The notes under the pieces are model-generated. The model was given only the letters and a program-made list of their open reading frames with translations. It did no database searches and was not told where the DNA came from. From Thermotogota bacterium (GTDB lineage Bacteria; Thermotogota; Thermotogae; Petrotogales; Kosmotogaceae): 46,115 bases of DNA. The stretch's first letter is position 1. Each line of letters starts with the position of its first letter. The stretch is from contig JAYEJL010000100.1 of the NCBI GenBank assembly GCA_034660555.1, forward strand, positions 1 to 46,115, given 5' to 3'. Shown here in pieces: positions 21,144 through 30,454 of this stretch. The position numbers were made by a program, and so were the translations under genes.

Positions 21144-22471
21144 GTAAGAAAAGCAATCAGTATTATGTTTGTGATAATTGTGGTTACGAATCTCCAGTTT
21201 GGTTTGGGCGTTGTCCATCTTGTAAGGCCTGGAATAGTGCTGTAAGTTATAGAGTTCCCAATAAAGGTAAAAAAAACAATGAATTTCAAAAAGAAGAAAT
21301 TAAAAGCGTGTCATTAGATAAAATAGATGGGGGAAAAGGATTTAGATACAGAACGGGACTTGATGAATTAGATCGTGCTATGGGTGGAGGAATAGTCCCG
21401 GGAAGCGTTACCTTATTGAGTGGAGAACCAGGCATAGGAAAATCCACATTGGTTTTGCAGTTATCGGATAAAATATCAAAAGAAAAAAACGTTCTTTATG
21501 TGACAGGTGAGGAATCATTAAGGCAGATTAAGCTCAGGGCAGACCGACTGGATTTGCATAATACAAACAGAATTGATGTAATAACTTCAACAAATATCGA
21601 TTTTCTTGAAGATACTGATGTCGAGAAATACTCATTGATTATATTTGATTCTTTACAAACTTTGAAGCATCCTGAGGTTGCATCTCTACCTGGTAGTGTT
21701 GTTCAGGTTAGAGAATGTACAAATTACATAGTGGGAATTGCGAAGAAAATAGATGTGCCGGTCTTTATCGTTGGCCATATAACAAAAGGTGGACAAATAG
21801 CTGGTCCTAAACTCATCGAGCATCTTGTTGATACAGTGTTATATTTTGAAACGAACAAAACCGGTTTTAGATTCATACGAACGATAAAAAATCGTTTTGG
21901 ACCCGCAGATGAAGTTGCTGTTTTTGAGATGAAATCAAATGGACTTGATGAAATTAAGGATATATCAACGATTTTTCTTGATGACTTTTCTTCTGCACCT
22001 GGTAATATAATTACAGCAGTAAATGAAGGTTCCAAGATTTTCTTGATAGAAGTACAATCTCTTGTAAGCAAACCTATTTATGGAAATCCGAGAAGACTAT
22101 CTTCCGGGATTTCATTAGACAGAGTATTGCTTACATCGGCGGTATTAACTAGAAGAGCGAAGTTACCACTTGACAGCATGGATATCTATGTGAATGTTGT
22201 TGGAGGTATACAAATAACTGATCCTGGAGTCGATCTGGCAGTTGCATCATCATTAATCTCTGCTTTTCTTGATAAAAGTTTAGAACAGGGAACAGCTGCT
22301 TTTGGAGAGATCGGGCTTGATGGCTCAATACGCTCTGTTTCTTTTTCAGAGCGTCGTATAGAAAGATTAAAAGATTCAGGCTTTAAAAATATTTTATCTC
22401 CCGACAGAGGAGAAATCTCAAATATTGGTGAACTTGCAGAGGTAATTGGGGGAAAACATGGTTTATCATGA
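21140..22471 (+). CDS. radA: DNA repair protein RadA/Sms
   Basis: C4 zinc finger, GEPGIGKST, KNRFG, Lon-like C-terminus. Confidence 0.97.
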   Translation: MSKKSNQYYVCDNCGYESPVWFGRCPSCKAWNSAVSYRVPNKGKKNNEFQKEEIKSVSLDKIDGGKGFRYRTGLDELDRAMGGGIVPGSVTLLSGEPGIGKSTLVLQLSDKISKEKNVLYVTGEESLRQIKLRADRLDLHNTNRIDVITSTNIDFLEDTDVEKYSLIIFDSLQTLKHPEVASLPGSVVQVRECTNYIVGIAKKIDVPVFIVGHITKGGQIAGPKLIEHLVDTVLYFETNKTGFRFIRTIKNRFGPADEVAVFEMKSNGLDEIKDISTIFLDDFSSAPGNIITAVNEGSKIFLIEVQSLVSKPIYGNPRRLSSGISLDRVLLTSAVLTRRAKLPLDSMDIYVNVVGGIQITDPGVDLAVASSLISAFLDKSLEQGTAAFGEIGLDGSIRSVSFSERRIERLKDSGFKNILSPDRGEISNIGELAEVIGGKHGLS

Positions 22472-23528
22472 CGAGATGTTTGAGAAAATAAAGCAAGTCG
22501 CACCCGGGACAAGGATACGATATGCCCTTGATCTTGTAGTTGAGGGGGAAACAGGTGCACTTGTATTCTTTGTGGATGATTTTGAGAGTGTGAAGGAACT
22601 GTTACAACTTGGATTCATGATAGACGTTGACTTTAATCCAGAAAGATTTTACGAACTATCCAAGATGGATGGTGCAATTGTTGTTAGTGAAAATATGTCA
22701 AAAATAATTGCAGCAAATGTGCAACTTGTACCCGATCAGAAAATCGAAACCTCTCAAACTGGAATGCGGCACAGGACAGCCGAAAGAATGGCTAAGCAAA
22801 CCAATAATCTTCTTATAGCTGTTTCAAAAAGACGAAAAACCATAACTATGTTTTTGGGTAACAACACTTACTCGCTAAAATCCCTGGAACTCCTTCTTCC
22901 AAAGGTAAGCCAAATCATAAGAACAGTGGAGCAGTACAGCATGGTTTTTGACAGATCTCTTGATGAGCTCGATAAACTTGAGAAAGAGAATGTTTTAATG
23001 CTTTATGATGTGCTTGAAACTCTGCAAAAAGGTTTAATGGCTTTGAAAATATCTGATGAAGCAGATTACACAATTATCGAATTGGGTGATTATGGCAATG
23101 TCCCTAAAATGCAACTCTCTGAAATTGTATCTGGTATTAAAGAATCTCTTCAGTATTTAATTCTGGATTTCAATAAAGAGCTTATTCAATCTGATAAAGC
23201 CAGTGAAATTCTAGAAAAGATGCTTTCATTAAGTCAGAAGGAGATATCAAATCTTATAACTCTCGGAAGAACACTGGATTACGAATTATCTTCAACTTCT
23301 CAAGCTGTGGAAGTTCATGTGAAATCAAGGTGCATTAGATTCATAAAGAAAATTCCAAAGATTCCGATGCAGGTTGCTGTAAATATAGGCGCAAAATTTG
23401 GTTCTCTCTCCAGGCTCTTCAATTCTACTGAAGACGAATTAAAGGAAGTTGAAGGTGTTGGAGAAAAAAGAGCTACTTCCATTAAACATTCAATCGATGT
23501 TCATTTGAGGCAACGGGAGAACGAATAA
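22458..23528 (+). CDS. disA: DNA integrity scanning diadenylate cyclase DisA
   Basis: VAPGT, KMDGA, TGMRHRTAER, C-terminal HhH VEGVGEKRA; follows radA. Confidence 0.96.
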   Translation: MVYHDEMFEKIKQVAPGTRIRYALDLVVEGETGALVFFVDDFESVKELLQLGFMIDVDFNPERFYELSKMDGAIVVSENMSKIIAANVQLVPDQKIETSQTGMRHRTAERMAKQTNNLLIAVSKRRKTITMFLGNNTYSLKSLELLLPKVSQIIRTVEQYSMVFDRSLDELDKLEKENVLMLYDVLETLQKGLMALKISDEADYTIIELGDYGNVPKMQLSEIVSGIKESLQYLILDFNKELIQSDKASEILEKMLSLSQKEISNLITLGRTLDYELSSTSQAVEVHVKSRCIRFIKKIPKIPMQVAVNIGAKFGSLSRLFNSTEDELKEVEGVGEKRATSIKHSIDVHLRQRENE

Positions 23529-23530
23529 TA

Positions 23531-24814
23531 TTAATCGAACAATTCTACATTTTTATATATATCTTTGATCTCTTTGTTTGAAAACATCGTTGGTTTACCA
23601 TTATTAAGTACTTTATCGCCATTACTCCACACATCTGTTATATCAAAAGCTTTTAGAATGTTATTCATGAAAGAAGTAAAATTTGTATTGATCAATTCAA
23701 GACATGAAAAATCATTCTTCTTTTTGGCGTACACAATATCAGAAGGATAACCTTCACGAAGCAGACCAGTGACTTTGCCAAAATGCTTTTCAAGTAATTT
23801 GTAGTTATTTGTAAAAAGCAATTTTTGAACTTCGTAGTCCAGTACTCTTTGCGAAAAATGTTTTGATTGTCTTTCTGCCAGTATTAATGCTTGTACTTCA
23901 TTCTGCATATCGAAATCCAGAAATCCTGATCCAAGGCAAACCTTCATACCCCTTCCAAGCAAATCAGATACATTGGGTTCGAATATTTCGGAGTAAAGCT
24001 CTGATCTGGACGATTTAATGACAAAAAGATCTTTGTTTGCTAGAATGTCTTTATCCGTTTCAGTGAGGTTTCCACCATATATTAGACTGGTTCCGGAACC
24101 TAGTAATTCAGCTTTGATTATTCTATCAATTATGTGCTCTCCCCACAATGAGAGTGATTCTTTATCAATTTCCTCCATATCCAGTATTACAAGATTCAAG
24201 TTAACTCCGTTGATGTTTAATTTTTTAAGACTGGCTAACTCTTCCTTGCTAAAATATGGAAGCTCAACTACATACACAGTGGGATGAAAAAAAGCATCTT
24301 CTTTCTCTGTTACCCAGTTCTCTACAACATTGTTGATATTATCTTTAAAAACCACTGGACCAATGCTAAGTTGAATGTTACATTTATGAGCCAGTTTCTG
24401 AAGGGACTTTACTGAAAGACCCTCAGAATAAAATATTGGACCGTATAGTGTAGTTATACCGCATGATAAAGATTTTGCAATAGCGGTTTTTATTGTATAT
24501 AAATTTAGTTTTTCCCATGTTTTGCCCTTTGCTTTCTCGATAAGTGATTTGAAGAAATTAACTCCGCCAATGCTGTCTGATATCACATCATCATGGAAAC
24601 TTCTGAGAGATGTATAAATACTTGCGTGTGCGTTTACAAGAGCCGGAAAAACAATACCATCATGTCCATCAACTACTTTTTCTCCAGATGGGACATTCAT
24701 ATTAGCAACGGTTCCCACGGCTTTTATTCCATCATCATCGAACTGTATGTATCCCTTTTTTATAAATGGTAACTGGTGATCATTTGTAAAGATGTTCACA
24801 TTTTTAATGATCAT
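23531..24814 (-). CDS. Amidohydrolase-fold protein (SsnA-like) lacking most metal ligands
   Basis: MIIKNVNIFT, VFPALVNAH, GITT, VCLG, G.LREGYPSDIV, VWSNG framework retained; second His and later ligands substituted. Confidence 0.8.
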   Translation of the reverse strand: MIIKNVNIFTNDHQLPFIKKGYIQFDDDGIKAVGTVANMNVPSGEKVVDGHDGIVFPALVNAHASIYTSLRSFHDDVISDSIGGVNFFKSLIEKAKGKTWEKLNLYTIKTAIAKSLSCGITTLYGPIFYSEGLSVKSLQKLAHKCNIQLSIGPVVFKDNINNVVENWVTEKEDAFFHPTVYVVELPYFSKEELASLKKLNINGVNLNLVILDMEEIDKESLSLWGEHIIDRIIKAELLGSGTSLIYGGNLTETDKDILANKDLFVIKSSRSELYSEIFEPNVSDLLGRGMKVCLGSGFLDFDMQNEVQALILAERQSKHFSQRVLDYEVQKLLFTNNYKLLEKHFGKVTGLLREGYPSDIVYAKKKNDFSCLELINTNFTSFMNNILKAFDITDVWSNGDKVLNNGKPTMFSNKEIKDIYKNVELFD

Positions 24815-25553
24815 TTAGTCCCCCCCAATTTTTTGGGCGTTTTCTCTCAAATTTCCATACAGTAATTGCAAATCTTATCAATCTGAAAAGGACTTTCATT
24901 CTTCTTAAGGGATTTTTCAATATTCGATAAAGCCATTCCAGACCGTGCTCTCTCATCCATAAGGGTGCTCTTTTTGTAAGTTCTGCAAATACATCGAAAG
25001 ACCCACCCACACCCATTAATATGGAAACGTTCAATTCATCAAGATGATTTGATATCCATATTTCTTGCTTTGGAACTCCCATAGCAACAAAAATAATAGA
25101 TGGATTTGACTCGTTTATCTCTTTAACAATTCTATCACTTTCACTTTCATTAAAATAACCATGATGAATACCTGCAATTTTCAATGCTGGGAACTTTCTT
25201 TTAAGCTCTTTTGAAGCTCTTTTTACCGATTCCTGTGATGAACCAAGGAAGAAGACTTTTCTGTTTGTTTTTGAAACTTCTTTACATAAGTATTCCATTA
25301 ATTCGATACCGGGAACTCTATCGATTTTTCTTTTTTTTAGGATTTTTATCGCTTTTACTATTCCGAATCCGTCAGGTACGATATAATTTACTTTCTTCAA
25401 TGCTATTCTATATTCGGGTTTATGTAAATACTGATCTGCGATCAGTGTGTTTAAAGTCAAAACAAATTTTTTCTCATTGTTTATTGAGTTTAAGAGTCTT
25501 TTTGCATGTTCTTCTATTGTACCTTCTGCAATTGTAAAGTCCAGGAACTTCAA
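24804..25553 (-). CDS. WecB/TagA/CpsF family glycosyltransferase
   Basis: VPDGFGIV, RVPGIEL, HHGYF, VAMGVPKQE, GVGGSFDV, GLEWLYR. Confidence 0.95.
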   Translation of the reverse strand: MKFLDFTIAEGTIEEHAKRLLNSINNEKKFVLTLNTLIADQYLHKPEYRIALKKVNYIVPDGFGIVKAIKILKKRKIDRVPGIELMEYLCKEVSKTNRKVFFLGSSQESVKRASKELKRKFPALKIAGIHHGYFNESESDRIVKEINESNPSIIFVAMGVPKQEIWISNHLDELNVSILMGVGGSFDVFAELTKRAPLWMREHGLEWLYRILKNPLRRMKVLFRLIRFAITVWKFERKRPKNWGGLNDH

Positions 25554-25573
25554 ATGTACACCTCCTGTAAATT

Positions 25574-25597
25574 AAAAAAGGAAGGCCGCGCCTTCCT
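25574..25597 (-). terminator. Rho-independent terminator after tRNA-Leu
   Basis: Minus strand AGGAAGGC-gcg-GCCTTCCT-TTTTT. Confidence 0.8.
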
Positions 25598-25598
25598 C

Positions 25599-25688
25599 TG
25601 GTGCCGAGGGCGGGAGTCGAACCCGCACAGGGCTATCAACCCCAACGGATTTTGAATCCATCGCGTCTGCCAGTTTCGCCACCTCGGC
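25599..25688 (-). tRNA. tRNA-Leu(CAA)
   Basis: Reverse complement GCCGAGGTGGCGAAACTGGCAGACGCG-ATGGA-TTCAAAA-TCCGT, long variable arm, GGTTCGACTCCCGCCCTCGGCACCA. Confidence 0.96.
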
Positions 25689-25697
25689 TTACATAAT

Positions 25698-25726
25698 AAT
25701 TTACCACCAATGAACCATGCTGTCAA
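25698..25726 (-). promoter_or_regulatory. Sigma70-type promoter of tRNA-Leu
   Basis: TTGACA-17 nt-TAAATT with TG extension, about 10 nt upstream of the tRNA. Confidence 0.8.
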
Positions 25727-25734
25727 GATTTCAG

Positions 25735-26655
25735 TTAGAACTGAAAAAAGTATCTTAAAACTAAAAACATACCTGCTGAAATAAGCCCAGAGATAACCGG
25801 CGTTTCTAACCATCCAAAAAGTATTCTTTTTAAAGATCGTAGATTGAATGTTCTAGATCCTCTTGCATAACCAGCACCCGTAACGGAACCCACAATGGCC
25901 TGTGATGTTGAAACCGGGACTCCTATTAATGCGTAAATCCAGACAGTTACAGCCTCTCCAAAAACCGCAATAACTGATGAAAAGGAGTCGAGAGCAACAA
26001 TTTCCTTCCCCACTGTCATCATTACCTTTTTACTGTATATCAAAACACCCAATCCTATGCTTAAACCGCCTAAAAGAGCGGCGATTTCTATTGGAATTAT
26101 ATCAGCGAAAATCCCCGTTACATTACCTACGTTATTTGCACCAAGTGCATATGATCCATATGCTCCAATTACGATCGCTGAAAGTTTTAGGGTCGCATCC
26201 TGAACCTGCAATGATCTTATTTTATGAAAGAAGGTTGCAAAGAATTTGTAACCTATAAAACCGAAGAATATTCCCCCGATAGGTGTTCCAATCCAGCATA
26301 AAACAACTTTTAAAAGTATCGTCCAGTCAACGCTTCCCCTTATTAGTCCTATGCCAAGTATTGCGCCAACCATGGCTTGCGAGGAAGAAACCGGTAACCC
26401 TATTCGAGTCATCAATGTAACTGAAATCGCTGCTGCAAGAGAAGCTATTGAGGCGGTCCAAATAGTTTGTGAGCTGAGTTCGCTAATTGTCTCAAGACCT
26501 CTAGAACCACCAACCAGAGCACCCAACAATATAAAACCAGCTGATATAAGCGTGGCTACTCTAAATCTTACTATTCCATTGCTTACTGTTGTTCCAAAAA
26601 CATTTGAAGCATCATTAGCTCCAAGAGACCAGCCAAAAAATAAAGCAGGTAACAA
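25735..26655 (-). CDS. PiT family inorganic phosphate transporter
   Basis: GANDASN and GANNVGN signature repeats; PVSSSQA and PVSTSQA. Confidence 0.93.
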   Translation of the reverse strand: MLPALFFGWSLGANDASNVFGTTVSNGIVRFRVATLISAGFILLGALVGGSRGLETISELSSQTIWTASIASLAAAISVTLMTRIGLPVSSSQAMVGAILGIGLIRGSVDWTILLKVVLCWIGTPIGGIFFGFIGYKFFATFFHKIRSLQVQDATLKLSAIVIGAYGSYALGANNVGNVTGIFADIIPIEIAALLGGLSIGLGVLIYSKKVMMTVGKEIVALDSFSSVIAVFGEAVTVWIYALIGVPVSTSQAIVGSVTGAGYARGSRTFNLRSLKRILFGWLETPVISGLISAGMFLVLRYFFQF

Positions 26656-26710
26656 TGCTATATAAATTTTTATTCACTCCCAACAAAAACATTTCTTGAT
26701 ATAGTTAAGT

Positions 26711-26719
26711 ATTATAGCA
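26711..26719 (-). promoter_or_regulatory. Extended -10 element upstream of the PiT gene
   Basis: Minus strand TGCTATAAT. Confidence 0.55.
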
Positions 26720-26752
26720 TAACAATGCCTCTCAGAAACAATTCATAAATTG

Positions 26753-28108
26753 TTATGCATTTGTTAGTTTCTTACTTATTCGATTTTGTTCTTTTATATA
26801 ATTTTCTAAATCGTTGTCATTGATTTTTCCATTGATTATTCTCTGTTTTCCGTTAATCATCACAAAATCTACTTTACCGGGATCGCACATTACAAGAGAA
26901 GCAACAGGATCAGACAAACCACCTGCAAGTGAGAGTTTGTTTGTTTTAAAACCTATTATATCTGCTGCCTTACCCTCTTCAATTGAGCCAATATAATCGT
27001 CCATTCCAAGAACTCTTGCTCCTCCAATGGTTGCCATAATGAGAACATCTCTTGGTGTAAGGGCGTTTGCTCCTTTCACAACCCTTTGTAACATGAGTGC
27101 ATTTCGTATTTCCCATAACATATTACCTGAGTCATTTGAAGCACTACCATCAACAGCAAGCCCTATCTTCATGTTTTTGTTTTTCATTTCCATAACGGGT
27201 GCTATTCCAGAACCAAGACGCATATTTGATGTTGGACAATGAGCAAAGCCACATTCTGAGTCAGCAAGTTTTTTGATGTCTTGCTCAGAAAGCCAAACAA
27301 GATGTGCAAACCATGTTTCAGGTTTAAGCCATCCAACCTTTTCCATATAATCTACAGGTCTCAAACCCTTAGATTCAAGGCAGAATTCTTCTTCAGCTTT
27401 CGTTTCAGCAAGATGAGTGTGTAACAAAACACCGTATTCTTCAGCCAGCTCTCTTGTCTTTATCATTAATTCTTCCGTAACTGAAAAAGGAGAACATGGT
27501 GCAAGTGCTATTCTTAACATTGAATATCTACCTGGGTCATGATACTCATTTATAATTCTTTCAGAGTCCTCAAGTATTTCACGCTTACTCTGCACAACGC
27601 TATCGGGTGGTAAGCCTCCGTCTTTTTTTGAAAGAGACATTGATCCACGCGTTGGATGAAAGCGTATACCACAGTGTTCAGCTGCTTTTATTTCTGTGTC
27701 AATGAATCCTTCTTTACCTTTTGGATGAAGATAGAGCATATCTGTAGTAGTCGTGACACCGGTGGTCATCATTTCATATATACCTATTATTGCACTGTTA
27801 TAAATTGCATCGTTATCAATGTATTTCCAGATTTCATATAAAAATGTAAGCCAGTCAAATAGCTTAGATGAAGAAACATCGCGTATATTTCTGAAAAGAG
27901 ATTGAAATAAATGATGATGTGTATTTACAAATCCAGGTAAAACCACATAACCTTTTAGATCAATAACTTCGTCAATATTAGTGGATGGAGGATTACCCTC
28001 GCCTATCTTTGTGATAACATTATTATTGACAACAATATAAGCATCTGTTAATTCAGCTCCGTTCCTGTCCATAGTGGCCAGATAATCAATGTTTTTTAGT
28101 AAAATCAT
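26753..28108 (-). CDS. 8-oxoguanine deaminase-like amidohydrolase
   Basis: PGFVNTHHHLFQS, RGSMSL..KDGGLPPDSVVQ, APCSPFSV, HTHLAET, HCPTSNMRL, VDGSASND. Confidence 0.85.
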   Translation of the reverse strand: MILLKNIDYLATMDRNGAELTDAYIVVNNNVITKIGEGNPPSTNIDEVIDLKGYVVLPGFVNTHHHLFQSLFRNIRDVSSSKLFDWLTFLYEIWKYIDNDAIYNSAIIGIYEMMTTGVTTTTDMLYLHPKGKEGFIDTEIKAAEHCGIRFHPTRGSMSLSKKDGGLPPDSVVQSKREILEDSERIINEYHDPGRYSMLRIALAPCSPFSVTEELMIKTRELAEEYGVLLHTHLAETKAEEEFCLESKGLRPVDYMEKVGWLKPETWFAHLVWLSEQDIKKLADSECGFAHCPTSNMRLGSGIAPVMEMKNKNMKIGLAVDGSASNDSGNMLWEIRNALMLQRVVKGANALTPRDVLIMATIGGARVLGMDDYIGSIEEGKAADIIGFKTNKLSLAGGLSDPVASLVMCDPGKVDFVMINGKQRIINGKINDNDLENYIKEQNRISKKLTNA

Positions 28109-28251
28109 AAATCCACCTCCGGTAGAATTTTACCACGTTACATGATTGTAATTGTCGACTTATGAAATTTTTGTGTTTTGGTTGTTATGGTAGAACAGCG
28201 TATAATATAATGTTAATCAATATTTGTAGTAATGAAGAAAGGATGATATTT

Positions 28252-29442
28252 TTGAGCAGAAAAATCTTACAAAGAGCTAATGAGCTTAAGGATGAAGTTG
28301 CTGGGTTTCTAGTTGATCTTGTAAAAATCAAAAGCTATTCAGGACAGGAAAAGAAAGTTATAAAACGGATCGAGCAAGAAATGAACAAAGTGGGTTTTGA
28401 TGATGTGAAAATTGATGGAATGGGTAACATACTGGGTAAAGTAGGAAATGGAAAAAAAGTAATTGCAATGGATGCTCATATTGATACGGTGGAAGTAGGT
28501 AATCCTGATCTCTGGAAGGTGGATCCATTTTCCGGAGAAATAATTAACGGAATTATACATGGAAGAGGCGCATGTGATCAGAAAGCAGGAATGGCTTCAA
28601 TGATTTATGGAGTGAAAATAATGAAAGAACTGAACCTTTTGGATGATTTCACTCTATACATAACAGGAACGGTTATGGAAGAGGACTGTGATGGATTATG
28701 CTGGCAGTACATTGTCAATGAGGATGGAATTAAACCGGATTGTGTTGTTATAACTGAACCAACTAATTTAAACATCTACAGAGGTCATAGGGGTAGAATA
28801 GAACTACAGATAAAAACAACAGGAATGAGCTGTCATGCAAGTGCACCAGAAAGAGGAGAAAACGCAATATATAAAATGTCCAAAATAATAAACGAAATTG
28901 AGAAAATAAATGATCATCTTTATTCAGATGAATTTTTAGGAAAGGGAACCATTGCTGTTACCCAGATATACTTTCAATCTCCATCGCACAATGCAGTACC
29001 TGATGAATGTAGAATTCAGCTTGACAGGAGACTAACAGCAGGAGAAACGCGGGAAAAAGTAATATCGGAGCTAAAAAAGGCAATAGAAAAATCAGGCGAA
29101 AAAGCTGAGATACTAGAACTTGAATACAGTAAACCTTCTTATACCGGAAAAATCTATCCAACAAAGAAGTATTTTCCGTATTGGATATTACCTGAAGATC
29201 ATGAAATTGTACAAAAATCCTACAATACATTTGAAGAAGTTCTTGGTTACAAAACGAATATAGGTAAGTGGACATTTTCAACTAACGGGACAACGACAGC
29301 AGGGATGTTCGATATTCCCACAATTGGATTTGGCCCTGCAAATGAAATATATGCTCATAGCCCTGAAGATCAGGTGCCCGTTGAGCACCTTGTAAAAGCA
29401 GCGGCAGTATATGCTGCTCTGCCCAAGGCATTATCTGAATAA
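28252..29442 (+). CDS. ygeY: YgeY family M20 hydrolase
   Basis: MDAHIDTV, GRGACDQK, TVMEEDCDGLCWQYI, IYRGHRGR, KWTFSTNG; TTG 28252 chosen for SD spacing (ORF track 28162). Confidence 0.9.
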   Translation: MSRKILQRANELKDEVAGFLVDLVKIKSYSGQEKKVIKRIEQEMNKVGFDDVKIDGMGNILGKVGNGKKVIAMDAHIDTVEVGNPDLWKVDPFSGEIINGIIHGRGACDQKAGMASMIYGVKIMKELNLLDDFTLYITGTVMEEDCDGLCWQYIVNEDGIKPDCVVITEPTNLNIYRGHRGRIELQIKTTGMSCHASAPERGENAIYKMSKIINEIEKINDHLYSDEFLGKGTIAVTQIYFQSPSHNAVPDECRIQLDRRLTAGETREKVISELKKAIEKSGEKAEILELEYSKPSYTGKIYPTKKYFPYWILPEDHEIVQKSYNTFEEVLGYKTNIGKWTFSTNGTTTAGMFDIPTIGFGPANEIYAHSPEDQVPVEHLVKAAAVYAALPKALSE

Positions 29443-29464
29443 TTTATAAGTTAGGAGGTTACCA

Positions 29465-30454
29465 ATGAGTAGCTTACTTAGAGGTCGTAGTTTTATAACA
29501 ACGCAGGAATTCAGTAAAACAGAATTGGATTTGATGCTTGATCTTTCTAGCGATTTGAAGAGGCGTTTTGCTGTTGGAGAACCAACTCCATGGCTCAATC
29601 TAAAAACTCTATTTATGATTTTCTTTGATGAATCTACTAGAACAAGGAATTCCGTTGAAGCCGGGATGACACAGCTTGGAGGTCATGCACATTTCTTAAA
29701 TCCAAAAGTAATGCAAACCGCGCATGGTGAGGTTGCACGAGATACAGCTATGATACTTTCAAGATATGGTCATGGGATAGCCGTTAGACACTGCGCTTAT
29801 GGAATAGGAAATGCTTATCTCAGAGCACTGGAAAAATACTCCGATACACCCATTTTAAATTTACAGGATGATTATTATCATCCAATGCAGGTTCTTGCTG
29901 ATATCATTACAATTAGAGAAGTGTTTGGAAATAATCCAAGTGGACTAAAGGTTGGAATAAGCTGGGCATATGCGGAAAGTCATCTAAAGCCATTGTCTGT
30001 ACCACAGTCTCAAATACTGTTGTTCCCGAGATATGGACTTGATGTTACTCTCGCGTACCCCGAGGGATTTGATCTTATGCCTGAGATGGTAGAAACAGCG
30101 AAGAAAAATGCAGAAAAAAGTGGTACAAAATTCGATATTTCCCACAATATGGATGATGCCTTCAAAGATGCAGACATAGTAATACCCAAATCCTGGGGTG
30201 GATTCTTTGTATCTGAAGATGAAAGTGAGATAATGAACGAAACAAGAAAGCACAAGGACTGGATATGCACACCTGACAAGATGAAATTAGCCAATAAAAA
30301 TGCAATATACATGCATGCATTACCCGCTGATAGAGGCAAAGAAGTTGTAGATGAAGTGATAGATGGAGAACAATCGGTAGTCATTGATGAGGCAGAAAAC
30401 AGGTTGCATACAGCCAAGGCGGTGATGGCATTGACAATGGGCGGTCGTCCATGA
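29465..30454 (+). CDS. YgeW-like (knotted) carbamoyltransferase
   Basis: STRTR and HPMQ carbamoyl-phosphate motifs; WAY...KPLSVPQ and PKSW typical of YgeW rather than ArgF; HALPAD. Confidence 0.8.
   Translation: MSSLLRGRSFITTQEFSKTELDLMLDLSSDLKRRFAVGEPTPWLNLKTLFMIFFDESTRTRNSVEAGMTQLGGHAHFLNPKVMQTAHGEVARDTAMILSRYGHGIAVRHCAYGIGNAYLRALEKYSDTPILNLQDDYYHPMQVLADIITIREVFGNNPSGLKVGISWAYAESHLKPLSVPQSQILLFPRYGLDVTLAYPEGFDLMPEMVETAKKNAEKSGTKFDISHNMDDAFKDADIVIPKSWGGFFVSEDESEIMNETRKHKDWICTPDKMKLANKNAIYMHALPADRGKEVVDEVIDGEQSVVIDEAENRLHTAKAVMALTMGGRP

Noticed and set aside
25550..25813. 87-aa minus-strand ORF
   Set aside because: Runs through tRNA-Leu and its promoter and terminator; spurious.
28162..28251. 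N-terminal extension of YgeY in the ORF track
   Set aside because: Covers the probable promoter; SD spacing favours a start at 28252 (or 28243).
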